Positions 1 through 10,910 of a stretch of 64,000 nt of DNA are shown here, piece by piece. This DNA comes from Squalus acanthias (taxonomy: Eukaryota), in NCBI GenBank assembly GCA_030390025.1, contig CM059432.1, forward strand, positions 12,524,001 to 12,588,000, read 5' to 3'. Position 1 is the first letter of the stretch, and every line of letters starts with the position of its first letter. A program made the translations under genes and the position numbers. The notes under the pieces were generated by a model, which ran no database searches, was not told where the DNA came from, and saw only the letters and a list, made by a program, of their open reading frames with translations.

Positions 1-464
1 TAAAGATGACATAAAGTAAGGAACACCTGCCGTCACACCGTTTTTATACGGTAAACTTAGAACACCTGAGACATGATTCTGTAATACTACCAGCTGATGT
101 GGCAGTAAGAGTTGCAGAGGCCGGCAGAAAGATGACTAGAGATAATTAACTTGCATCAGCAGAAAACCTTAAAGGAAATACCACTGGAAAAAGGTATAAA
201 TATTGAACTCTCAAATGGGATAACAGACTCGCTTTAATCGGGCAAAGCGATTCTCGGCTTCAGAGGCGGCTCTGTAAGTCTCCAACACTTTGTACCTCGG
301 GATCAAAGGTATTTGATATTGGTGGATATCCTGTAGAACACTTTAAGAACTATAATACTGTAGTGAAGTTAAGATTTAAAAGTAAGATTCTCTGTTAATA
401 AGATAGCATTTTTTTTCTTTTTAAAATTGTTAATGTTGCGATTGACTGATTTACCAACTGTAAA

Positions 465-1450
465 TTGGAGAGGTTTAAGCTAATTAAGGAGAGCCAACAC
501 GGATTTGTAAAAGGCAGATCGTGTTTGACTAATCTAATTGAATTTTTTGATGAAGTAGCAGAGAGGATTGATAAAGGGTATGCAATGGATGTTGTCTACA
601 TGGATTTTCAGAAGGCGTTTGACAAAGTACCACATAGAAGGCTGGTTAACAAAATTGAGGCTCGTGGAATAGGTGGGTCAGTGGCAGCTTGGATAAGGAA
701 TTGGCTTAAGGACAGAAAACAGCGAGTTGTGGTAAATGGCTGTTTTTCAGACTGGAGGATGGTAGACAGTGGTGTTCCTCAAGGGTCAGTGCTGGGGTCA
801 CTGCATGACCTGGATATTGAAATACAGAATAGAATTTCTAAATTTGCTGATGACACCAAACTTGGGGATGTGGCAAACAGTGTGATGATACCAATTGACT
901 GCAACAGGACATAGAAAGGCTAGCAGAATGGGCAGACAAGTGGCAGATGGAATTTAATACAGAGAAGTGTGAGGTGATGCATTTTGGCAGAAGGAACAGG
1001 GAGAGGCAATAAACACTTAATGGCACAGTTTTAAAGAGTGTACAGGGACCTGGGAGTTAATGTGCATAGGTCCCTGATGGTGGCAGGACATATTGAGAGA
1101 GTGGTTAACAAAGCATATGGGATCTTGGGCTTCATAAATAGAGGTATTGAGTACAAAAGTAGAGAAGTTATGCTGAACCTTTATAAAGCGCTGGTTAGGC
1201 CACAACTGGAGTATTGCGTCCAGTTCTAGTCACCACACTTTAGGAAGGATGTGAAAGCCCTTGAGAGGGCTGCAGAGGTGATTTACCAGAATGGTTCCGG
1301 GAATGGAGGATCTTAGCTACAAGGACAGGTTGGAGAACCTGGATTTCTTTTCATTAAAGCAAAGGAGGTTGCGGGGTGATTTGATAAGAGGTGTACAAGA
1401 TTATGACGGGTTTGGATAGGCTAGACGGGGAATGGCTGTTCCCACTAGTT
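465..1450 (+). mobile_element. CR1-clade LINE, RT fragment (5' part of a copy split by a nested LINE); frameshifted
   Basis: ORF 465-914 has [37 protein letters not shown] and KFADDTKL. Later frames give LYKALVRPQLEYCVQF. Confidence 0.95.
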
Positions 1451-2468
1451 CTTTTAAATTTGTTCATGGGATGCGGGCGTTGCTGGTAAGGCCAGCATTT
1501 ATTGCCCATCCCTAATTGCCCTTGAGAAGGTGGTGGTGAGCCGCCTTCTTGAACCGCTGCAGTCCATGTGGTGAAGGTACTCCCACAGTGCTGTTAGGTA
1601 GGGAGTTCCAGGATTTTGACCCAGCGACGATGAAGGATCGGCAATATACTTCTAAATCAGGATGGTGTGTGACTTGGAGGGGAACTTGGAGGTGGTGGTG
1701 TTCCCATGCACCTGATGCCCTTGTCCTTCTAGGTGGAAGAGGTCGCGGTTTTGGGAGGTGCTGTCGAAGAAGCCTTGGCGAGTTGCTGCAGTGCATCTTG
1801 TAGATGGTACACACTGCAGCCATGGTACGCCGGTGGTGGAGGGAGTGAATGTTTAAGGTGGTAGATGGGTGCCAATCAAGTGGGCTGCTTTGTCCTGGAT
1901 GGTGTCGAGCTTCTTGAGTGTTGTTGGAGCTGCACTCATCCAGGCAAGTGGAGAGTCTTCCATCACACACCTTACTTGTGCCTTGTAGATGGTAGAAAGG
2001 CTTTGGGGAGTCAGGAGGTGAGACACTCGCTACAAAATACCTAGCTTCTGACCTGCTCTTGTTGCCACAGTATTTATGTGGCTGGTCCAGTAAAGTTTCT
2101 GGTCAATGGTGACCCCCCAAGATGTTGATCGTGGGGGATTCGGTGATGGTAATGCTATTGAATGTCAAGGGGCGGTGGTTAGACTCTCGCTTGTTGGAGA
2201 TAGTCATTGCCTGGCACTTCTGTGGCGTGAATGTTACCTGCCACTTATCAGCCCAAGCCTGAACATCGTCCAGGTCTTGTTGCATGCGGACATGGACTGC
2301 TTCATTATCTGAGGAGTTGTGAATGGCACTGAACACTGTGCAGTCATCAGCGAACATCCCCATTTCTGACCTTATGTTGGAGGGAAGGTCATTGATGAAG
2401 CAGCTGAAGATGGTTGGGCCTAGGCACTGCCCTGAGGAACTCCTGCAGCGATGTCCTGGGGCTGTGAT
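1451..2468 (-). mobile_element. 5'-truncated CR1-group LINE of a second family, nested in the first CR1
   Basis: Minus strand encodes GVPQGSALG..TIFSCFINDLPSNIRSEMGMFADDCTVF..WADKWQVTF. The host sequence CCACTAGTT|GATGGTACAAG rejoins across it, matching the uninterrupted sister copy at ~25850-25900. Confidence 0.9.
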
Positions 2469-2768
2469 GATGGTACAAGAACTAGGGGACACAGATTTAA
2501 GGTGTTCGGCAAGAGATACAGGGGGGATGCGAGGAAAAACTTTTTTATGCAGCGAGTGGTGATGACCTGGAACTCGCTGCCGACGGAAGTGGTGGAAGCG
2601 GAGACACTCAATGTTTTCAAGGGGAGACTGGATAGGTACTTGAGGGATATAGACTTGCAGGGCTACGGGGCTAGAGCAGGGGAATGGGACTGACTGGATT
2701 GCTCTACAGAGAGCCGGCGCGGACTCGATGGGCCGAATGGCCTCCTTCTGTGCCGTTATGACTCTATG
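2469..2768 (+). mobile_element. CR1 3' end (RT C-terminus and 3' UTR) of the copy starting at 465
   Basis: RTRGHRFKV..RKNFFMQRVVMTWNSLP followed by a typical 3' UTR ending TTATGACTCTATG. Confidence 0.93.
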
Positions 2769-3541
2769 GGGTAAAAATTGAGTCGCGCCCCATTTGGGGC
2801 GCTAACCTCGCCGGGGCGCGACTTTTAGCGCCCCGAAAAAATTAGCGGCCCCGCGCCGGAACTTCAGTGGTTGCGCCCCAAGAGGGAAGCGGGGCGCCAC
2901 TGGAAGCACCCCGCATCCCTCTTGGGGGCGCTGCGAGGGAATATCCTGGCGCTACGTGCCGCAGCGCCAGGCGCTGCGGCACGTCGCGCCGCGGTACTGC
3001 AGGCCTTCCTCCCCTTCTTAAAGGGGAGGGACCCTGCGCAGCGCGAACCGGGGCCCAGCTGGGCCCCCAGGGATCGGGAGTGCCGGCAAAAGAGCCCGGC
3101 ACTCAAGAGAAGTGCCGGGCTCTTGGAGCGCAGTCGGCACTTCACGGTGGGGGGGCTTCACAGGGGCCGGGGACAGCAACGGGGGCAGGTGCTGGCAGGC
3201 GGCCAGCAACAAAAATGGCCGCCTGCCACCTCCCCTTTAACTATCGCCGCCCCGGCCGCACGTACGCCTCCCTGAACCCGTCGGACATAGCGTCTGGCGG
3301 TAAATCAGGGGGCGCGACTGAAGATCGCGGCTGGAGCGCGAGCGGGGTGCTGCGCACGGCGATGACGTCATCGCCGGCGGCGCAGCGCCACAGGGCGCTA
3401 CCGGCTGGCGCCGCCGCTAACCTCCCGCTGAATTTTACGGGCGGCGTGGGCGGTGCTGCGCCCAGGCGTTAGCTGCTTTACGCCCCATTAGCGCCCTCTT
3501 AAGGCGCTAACGGGAGGCGCAAGCAGCTGAATTTTTCCCCC
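2768..3541 (+). mobile_element. GC-rich non-autonomous DNA transposon (MITE family A, probably PIF/Harbinger)
   Basis: Ends GGGGTAAAAATT...AATTTTTCCCCC. A near-identical inverted copy lies at 56933-57657. Many internal palindromes; no credible ORF. Confidence 0.8.
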
Positions 3542-3659
3542 TTGATACTTGTGGCATAAAGTAATTATTAATATAGGTGTTGAGCAAAATATTTCTTCCA
3601 TACAGATTGCAGACCTGTACATTTCAATAGCATTTGTGGAGTTCACGATTTATTCAGTT

Positions 3660-3922
3660 TAAGAACATAATATAAGAAATAGGAGCAGGAGTAGGCCATA
3701 CGGCCCTTCGAGCCTGCTCCGCCATTCAATAAGGTTATGGCTGATCTTCTAACTCAACTCCACTTTCCCGCCCTGTCCCCATATCCCTTGATTCCCCTAG
3801 AGTCCAAAAATTTATCTATCTCAGCCTTGAATATACTCAACGACTGAGCATCCACTGCCCTCTGGGGTAGAGAATTCCAAAGATTCACAACCCTCTGAGT
3901 GAAGAAATTTCTCCTCATCTCG
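3660..3922 (-). mobile_element. CR1 3' UTR fragment
   Basis: AAGAACATAA tail then ATAGGAGCAGGAGTAGGCCAT..; same as 10280, 42748 and 56547. Confidence 0.9.
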
Positions 3923-4384
3923 TCAACCAAGTCAAAGGTGCAATGTTAGTTACAATCTTCAGGCCAGTCAGTAAAATATTGTCCTTTAGATGGCCGAAAA
4001 TGCTGAGTGCACAACAATACCCATGACTAACTATAACACATATTGGTTACTTCTTGATCCCAATGGATAATTGTTTACCAAACAGCCCTCAATTGCAGTC
4101 AATAAAGGAGCAAATAATTTGCCAAATTGTCCTCAACTGCAGTCAATATTTATAAAACAAATACTGACTAGAGTGGGATGCTATAACTGGTTAAGTATTA
4201 CCCTTTGGGGTTATGAATGTAACCAACAGTATATTGTATTCAGCCTCAGCCTTTATTGCACTCAAAAGTAAAAAAAATTAAGACATTAGCAGGAATTAAT
4301 TGCTCCCTTCTCTATTTTCCTCTTCTTTTTGAACTAGGAACAACCAACTTGTTAAAACAATAGTTAAGAGCAAGGTGATGTGTT

Positions 4385-4610
4385 ACATAGAATTACATAG
4401 AATGTACAGCACACAAACAGGCCATTTGGCCCCACTGGTCCATTCCGCTGAGTATGCTCGACCCGAGCCCCCTCCCACCCAATTAATCTCACCCTTTCAG
4501 CATATCCTCCTATTCCTTTCTCCCTCATGTTTTTATCCAGCTTCCCCTTAAATGCATCTATGCTATTCGCCTCAACCACTCCCTGTGGTAGCGAGTGCCA
4601 CATTCCTTGG
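4385..4610 (-). mobile_element. CR1 3' end fragment
   Basis: (ACATAGAAT)n tail; minus frame MWHSLPQGVVEANSIDAFKGKLD. Confidence 0.85.
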
Positions 4611-4622
4611 AGTCCAGAGATG

Positions 4623-4780
4623 GTGGGAGGAGGAGGAGGGGGAGGGGAGGAGGAGGGGGGGGGGGGAGGAGGAGTGGGGGGGGAGGAGGAGGAGGGGGGG
4701 GGAGAGGTGGGCAGGAGGAGGAGGAGGGGGGGGGGGGAGGTGGGGGGGGGGGGGGGGGAGGGGAGGAGGGGGAGGGGGTG
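4623..4780. repeat. Purine-rich (GGA/G)n low-complexity tract
   Basis: Runs of GGAGGAGG and poly-G. It is the source of the spurious poly-Pro/Gly ORFs. Confidence 0.95.
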
Positions 4781-4890
4781 TAGGTGAAGAGGTTGGGTTG
4801 CAGCATCTTGGATCAGCTGCAGTTGGCGAAGGGGAAGGTGGACAGACCGGCAAGAAAAATGTTGGAAGAATTGTGCCATACAATAATCAA

Positions 4891-5099
4891 AAATGAGAAG
4901 CCGCACAACACCAGGTTATAGTCCAACAGTTTTATTTAAAATTACGAGCTTTCGGAGCTGTTGCCCCTTCTTCAGGTAAAGAAGGGGCAACCGCTCCGAA
5001 AGCTCGTAATTTTAAATAAAACTGTTGGACTATAACCTGGTGTTGTGCGACTTCTCATTTTTGTCCACCCCAGTCCAACACCGGCATCTCCGCATCATG
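4891..5099. mobile_element. Solo Penelope-like terminal repeat in inverted (fold-back) arrangement with 12-bp flanking duplication
   Basis: Inverted arms span ~4888-5063. The sequence matches the 3' end of the GIY-YIG element (7400-7530). TACAATAATCAA occurs at 4879-4890 and 5100-5111. Confidence 0.85.
4942..4979 (-). ncRNA. Minimal type I hammerhead ribozyme motif
   Basis: Minus strand: TTAC-CTGAAGA-A-GGGGC(AACA)GCTCC-GAAA-GC-T-C-GTAA. This gives the core, stem II, a palindromic AGCT helix III and stem I TTAC/GTAA. Confidence 0.7.
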
Positions 5100-6534
5100 T
5101 ACAATAATCAAGACGTGGCTAAGGGTTTTGACAGGCGAGTGAGGTAGATGTGGAGGCAGGCGATTTTACTGAGGTGAAAGGGCGCTGTCTTGGTGACAGA
5201 TAAGATTTTCGGGGAGCTGAAGCTGAGCTTGACGTCAAGCAGTACAACAAGGTTCTGCACTTAGCCCGAGGTGGCAGCAAAGAAGGCTGATGGAATTGAG
5301 TAAATAGTAGCTGCTTGAGGGGAGCTGAAGTGGATGGCTTTAGTTTTGCCAGCATTTAGCTAGAGCAGGTTTCAGCTCTGAAGAGGGGGCGGTGGGGGAA
5401 AGATGGAGCCTTGGGATCCATCAGAGGCGGCTGTGCAGGCAACAGAGGAGAAACCTTAGAAGGTGATAGGTCTATAATGCAACAATTGAGAGTGGAACCA
5501 TGAAAAAGTAGTGTCATGGAGTAGTGTGGCAGATTTAAGGATGCTCAACAGTGTTTAGCGCAGCGGAAAGATCAAAGAAGATGAGACACTGAGCTGTGGG
5601 TACAGTTTGTGTCTTTGAACAGGGCTGTTTTAGTACGGTGAACAGGGCGGAAGCCTGATTGGTGGGTCTCTAACAGGAAATGGAGAGAGAGATGGGTGCA
5701 CTATTATAAGGAAATGGCTAGTGCCAGGACTTGAGAGAGAACGGGAAGGTCAGAAAGAATGAGGGAGGGAGGGGAGGTGAGGAGAGGGGAGCGAAGGGAA
5801 GGAGGTTAAAGGGTAGTTTTTTTGAGAGGGGAATGATAGCAGTTTTGAAATATATAAAAGTTGTGCTAGAAGATGGAGGCAGATTGATAATGTTGGCAAG
5901 CATTGGGCTACGGAGAGGACTCTAAGTGGTTAGAAGCTTGGACAAGAGTGGCTTGAGGGACCAGGATTCTTGGAAAAATAAATTTAGTAAGATGGGTGGA
6001 GCTCAGTTAGGAAGGGGAGGTGGTAGAGGCAGAAAAGAGGATCTTGGTTTTTGGACACTCATTTGAACAGCATTTGATGAGTCTTAACCCACATCTAATG
6101 TGGGTTTTGCTTTGTAAATAAAGTAAAATGACCTGTTTCTTTCACAGCTTCAAACTGCTGAACTCCCATTTAGTTGGAATTCCAGCTTTGACTAACACGA
6201 AAACTCTACTTCCCTTTATGTACGTGTCTCTGATTCTGAGAAAAGAGATCATGAGATTACTCGTGCTACCCATCTGAGGGGAACGAGAAAAAAAAATTAC
6301 AACCAGCGATCCTCACCTTCTTGAGAGGATTTAATGAGAAACTCAGCAGTGAGGTGCCTGCCCCATCAATTGTTCACATAACACTCAACCTAGTTCATGG
6401 TCATTTAATTATATGAAGCCACAGGGACATTTGAGATGTGATAAGGCGCTATATAAATGTTTGTTAACGGAAGAAGTGGGAGCGTGGGGAAATTGTATGA
6501 ACATTCCTAATTCTAGCAATTACATTTTTTTAAA

Positions 6535-6892
6535 AAGATGATTAAGGGATTTGATAGGGTAGATAGAGAGAAACTATTTCCTCTGGGGGGGGGGGGGGGG
6601 GAGAGGAGTCGAGAACAAGGGGGCATAACCTTAAAATTAGAGTTAGGACGTTCAGGGGTGATGTCAGGAAGCACATCTTTAAGGGTACTGGAAATCTGGA
6701 ACTCTCTTCCCCCAAAAAGCTGTTGAGACTCAACTGACAATTTAAAAACTGAGATTGATAAGATTTTTGTTAGGCAAGAGTATTGAGGGATAAGGAACCA
6801 AAGCGGGTAGATGGAGTTAAGATACAGATCAGCCATGATCCAATTGAATGACGGAACAGGCTCGAGGGGCTGAATGGCCTCCTCCTCTTCCT
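6535..6892 (+). mobile_element. CR1 3' end
   Basis: KGFDRVDREKLFPL..EIWNSLP followed by the 3' UTR. Confidence 0.9.
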
Positions 6893-6894
6893 AT

Positions 6895-7530
6895 GATGCT
6901 CCAGAGCATGGTACATCGGCGAGACCATGCAGACACTGAGACAACGTATGAACGGACACCGCACAACAATCGCCAGGCAGGAGGGTTGCCTCCCAGTCGG
7001 GGAACACTTCAGCAGCCAGGGGCATTCAGCCTCGGATATGCGGGTAAGCGTTCTCCAAGGCGGCCTTCGAAATACACGACAGCGCAAAATCATAGAGCAG
7101 AAACTGATAGCCAAGTTCCGCACTCATGAGGAGGGCCTCAATCGCGATATCGGGTTCATGTCACGATACAGAACGTGACTTGACATCATGGCCGGTCTTC
7201 CCAGGTGTTTTTTTTTTAAAAAAAGGCTAACACAAGAACCTACACAGATTGACAGGATATGCAGCCAGCAGGTGGTTTGACACGTTGGACCCCCTGGGAC
7301 ACATCTCATTGTCTTGGCTATGCTCTTTGATGTGGGAAAGATTTGAATATATTTTGCCTGTGTTTAAATTGTGAATTCTGGGAGATTCTCTCACTGCTAA
7401 ACTTACCTGACGAAGGAGCGAACTGCTCCGAAAGCTTGTAAAATTAAATAAATCTGTTGGACTATAACCTGGTGTTGTGCGACTTCTCATTTTTGTCCAC
7501 CCCAGTCCAACGCCGGCATCTCCACATTAT
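6895..7530 (+). mobile_element. 5'-truncated Penelope-like retroelement (GIY-YIG endonuclease C-terminus plus 3' terminal repeat)
   Basis: WYIGETMQTLRQRMNGHR..VGEHF..GH..EQKLIAKFRTHEEGLN is a typical Penelope GIY-YIG. The 3' end contains a hammerhead, AATAAA and CCAGTCCAACGCCGGCATCTCC. Confidence 0.92.
7403..7441 (+). ncRNA. Minimal type I hammerhead ribozyme motif in the Penelope 3' repeat
   Basis: TTAC-CTGACGA-A-GGAGC(GAACT)GCTCC-GAAA-GC-T-T-GTAA. Confidence 0.75.
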
Positions 7531-7619
7531 GTTCCAATAGGCATATGTAGTCACAAACACTCAACATAAATGATTGTTTTCCCCTTGAATGTTCTTCAGA
7601 TTAAGTGGGTTGTTGATCA

Positions 7620-8727
7620 ATATCTTCTGCGTTTTTTGCTGTTATTTTTACTCATGCTCGTTACAAGTATTGTTCAATATTACGTTGGTCAACTGCAACT
7701 TTAGCTGTAAATTCGTCCTGAGCGATTTTGTGTTGGGGATAGAAGATGGAGAATTAACTGTGGGGCATTGCGGCAGAATATTCTTCTTACTATATGAATA
7801 CCATCGAAGTAAAATGCCAAACCGGTTATTCATTTTAGAAGAATTTTCTATGCAACCATCATCAACTGACTAGACGTCGTCAACTGTTATCCCGTGGTTT
7901 TAAGTCCGGCTAACCCCATGAATGTGCAGGTACAGTAGCTGGCACCGTACTGTGTTTCTGTCGTGCCAGAGACCATGTAAAATAAGTTTGCTAATATTGT
8001 ACCGTCGCCTATTGTGGAGTTTCTTGTAACCGATTACTAGGTGAGTGCAAAAGAAGGATGGTAAATGTCAAGAGTTTAGTGAGTGCCCTGATCCATTCTC
8101 AGGGGTTCGATGTGCCGTTGGATACCCCAGGATAACCCATAAATGGCACTAAGCTGAAGTGCCAGGGTGTTTCTGACGAGATACGAGGCTCCTCCAATCT
8201 CTGCTGCGATCCATGGCATTCGACAGCTTTCAGTCCCAGTCAGGCGTGGCTTCCAGCTTCCCGAAAATATTACGAGTACATTTTAGCTACTTTTACTTGG
8301 GGCTAAAACACTGACAGCACCAGGGAGAAATGCATCATTGAATACAGCATTACATCTAGCTATCTACCTATCTGCTGCCTTGCTGTAATGATGAGGCTCA
8401 CAGATTATCTTCTTGAAAGCCTGCAGAAACGAGCCATTTCCAGTTTAAACACCACGGGATAACAGTTGACGACATCTAGCCAGTTGATGATGGTTGCATA
8501 GAAAATTCTTCTAAAATGAATAACCGGTTTGCATTTTACTTCGATGGTATTCATATAGTAAGAAGAATATTCTGCCGCAGTGCCCCACAGTTAATTCTCC
8601 ATCTTCTATCCCCAACACAAAATCGCTCAGGACGAATTTACAGCTAAAGTTGCAGTTGACCAACGTAATATTGAACAATACTTGTCACGAACATGAGTAA
8701 AAATAACAGCAAAAACGCAGAAGATAT
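7620..8727. mobile_element. Unclassified non-autonomous element with ~280-bp terminal inverted repeats
   Basis: 7620-~7900 is the reverse complement of ~8445-8727, with about 7 differences counted by eye. The ~540-bp spacer has no recognisable coding sequence. TSD ambiguous. Confidence 0.8.
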
Positions 8728-8810
8728 CACCAAGAATTTGCCTCCATCATTTTTTCTGATAGAAAAGTACGTTTAAGTTGGGAAGGAAAGGAGGATTTAG
8801 TTATAAAGTA

Positions 8811-9131
8811 CAGGTTGAGCATCCCGAATCCAGCAACCTCGGGACCGAGGCCGAGCCGGTTTTGGGGTTTTTCCCAGACTTCGGAACGTGTTTCTGATGT
8901 CCGAAGTCCGGAAACGCCCGAGCCCAGGTTGCGATATTTCCAGACTTCGGACATCAGAAACACGTGCCGAGTCCGGAAATGCCTGGGCCCAGGTTGCGCT
9001 ATTTCCGGTTTTTGGTAAGCCTCCCTCAGGGTGTCCGGATTCCGGAACATTTTACGGATTCCGGACCCCTGCCACCAATCGTCCCGGAGTCCGGAACATT
9101 CCGGAACTCCGGATTTGGGACGCTCAACCTG
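8811..9131. mobile_element. Tc1/mariner (pogo/Tigger-type) MITE
   Basis: TA|CAGGTTGAGCATCCCGAATCC...GGATTTGGGACGCTCAACCTG|TA, with internal TCCGGA repeats. Confidence 0.9.
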
Positions 9132-9249
9132 TATTTACAACCCACCGTTTTTATTAATAGTTGATGTGAAGGATTTGTTCCCATTCTTTCTCCCACTGTT
9201 TCCATGGAGCCCTGCTTCCCTTCCCTTCCCTACCCCAGCCCTCACGTTA

Positions 9250-9857
9250 GTCATAGAGTTATACAGCACAGAAAGAGGCCCTTCGGCCCTGTCTATTCTA
9301 ATCCCATTTTCCAGCACTTGGTCCGTAGCCTTGTATGCTATGGCGTTTCAAGTGCTCATCTAAATGCTTCTTGAATGTTGTGAGGGTTCCTGCCTCTACC
9401 ACCCTTTCAGGCAGTGAGTTCCAGATTCCAACCACCCTCTGGGTGAAAAAGTTTTTCCTCAAATCCCCTCTAAACCTCCTGCCCCTTACCTTGAAACTAT
9501 GCCCCCTAGTGATCGACTCCTCTACTAAGGGGAAAAGTTCCTTTCTATCTACCCTATCTATGCCCCTCATAATTTTGTACACCTCAATCAGGTCTCCCCT
9601 CAGCCTTCTCTACTCTAAGGAAAACAACACCAACCTGTCCAGTCTCTCTTCATAGCTGAAACGATCCAGCCCAGGTAACATCCTGGTGAATCTCCTCTGC
9701 ACCCTCTCCAATGCAATCACATCCTTCCTATAGTGTGGCGACCAGAACTGCACACAGTATTCCAGCTGTGGCCTAACTAGCGTTTTGTACAGCTCCATCA
9801 TAACCTCCCTGCTCTTATATTCTATGCCTCGGCTAATGAAGGCAAGTATCCCATATG
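9250..9857 (-). mobile_element. CR1 3' fragment
   Basis: YKTLVRPQLEYCVQFWSP..RGHSFKV..FFTQRVVGIWNSLP. Confidence 0.93.
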
Positions 9858-10279
9858 TATGCTGCCATTTGCATCGATCAGCACAAGCCCCCCACCCCAC
9901 CCCCTGACTCCAACCTAGGGTTGACAATTCTGGTTGGACATATTCCTGGAGGTTCCGTTACATGAACTCCCACCGCATAGCCCAGTCAAACAGCATTTTT
10001 TGCCATCTCCAATATTTTTATACTAAGGAGAGAAAGTATTCAAAGAAAATGAAGAAAACAAACAGTTGTTTTTTTAATGCTCCAATGATTTTGCTCGCAG
10101 CGGTGTCCCAGAGCTTGATTTTTAATTCCTGGAGGGTGGGCAACTCTACTCCAACCCCTGTCCTCTCGCACCTGTCCTAGCGGCAATCTAGGCACAGAGG
10201 TGAAAGCTGAGACTGTCAACATCAGGCAGACACCTCCCCCCTCCCCCGTATCCATCAGCAAACTGCTTCAACACAGTAA

Positions 10280-10850
10280 AACATAAGAATTAGGAGCAGG
10301 AGTAGGTCATACGGCCCCTCGAGCCTGCTCCGCCATTCAATAAGATCATGGCTGATCATCGACCTCAACTCCACTTTCCTGCCCGATCTCCATATCCCTT
10401 GATTCCCCTCGAGTCCAAAAATCTATCTATCGCAACCTTGAATATATTCAAAGACTCAGCATCCACAGCCCTATGGGGCAGAGAATTCCAAAGATTCACA
10501 ATCCTCTGAGTGAAGAAATTCCTCCTCATCTCAGTCTTAAATGGCCTACCCCTTATCATGAGACTATGCCCCCCCTAGTTCTAGACACTCCAGCCCAGGA
10601 GAAACAACTTCTCAGCATCTACCCGGTCAATCCCCTTCAGAATCTGGTATGTTTCAATGAGATCACCTCTCATTCTTCTAAACTCCAGAGAATATAGGCA
10701 CAATCTACTCAATCTCTCCTCATAGGACAGCCCTCTCATCCTAGGAATCAATCGAGTGAACCTTCGTTGCACCGCCTACAAGGCAAGTAGATCAAAGGAG
10801 ATCAAAACTGTGCACAGTACTCCAGGTGTGGTCTCACCAAGGCCTTGTAC
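10280..10850 (-). mobile_element. CR1 3' fragment
   Basis: QRRFTRLIP..RRMRGDLIETY..FFTQRIVNLWNSLP plus 3' UTR. Confidence 0.93.
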
Positions 10851-10910
10851 GTGATTATCTGTGACTTTTTACACAATGGGAATCGTGGCTAGTGGGCAAG
10901 TTAAAGTGTT

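Larger units (their letters stand above)
4790..5960 (-). mobile_element. Old L2-clade LINE RT fragment, interrupted by a Penelope-end insertion
   Basis: Minus frames give DYC..LRQLQLIQDAA (cf. L2 SRLDYCN..LQLIQNAAAR) and FKTAIIPLSKK. Heavily degraded. Confidence 0.7.

Noticed and set aside
2842..3472. Overlapping GC-rich ORFs up to 201 aa (also 57002-57623)
   Set aside because: They are open in many frames because of GC content inside a MITE, have no domain, and are not preserved between the two copies.
4364..4906. Poly-Pro/poly-Gly ORFs
   Set aside because: Translation of a low-complexity G/A tract.
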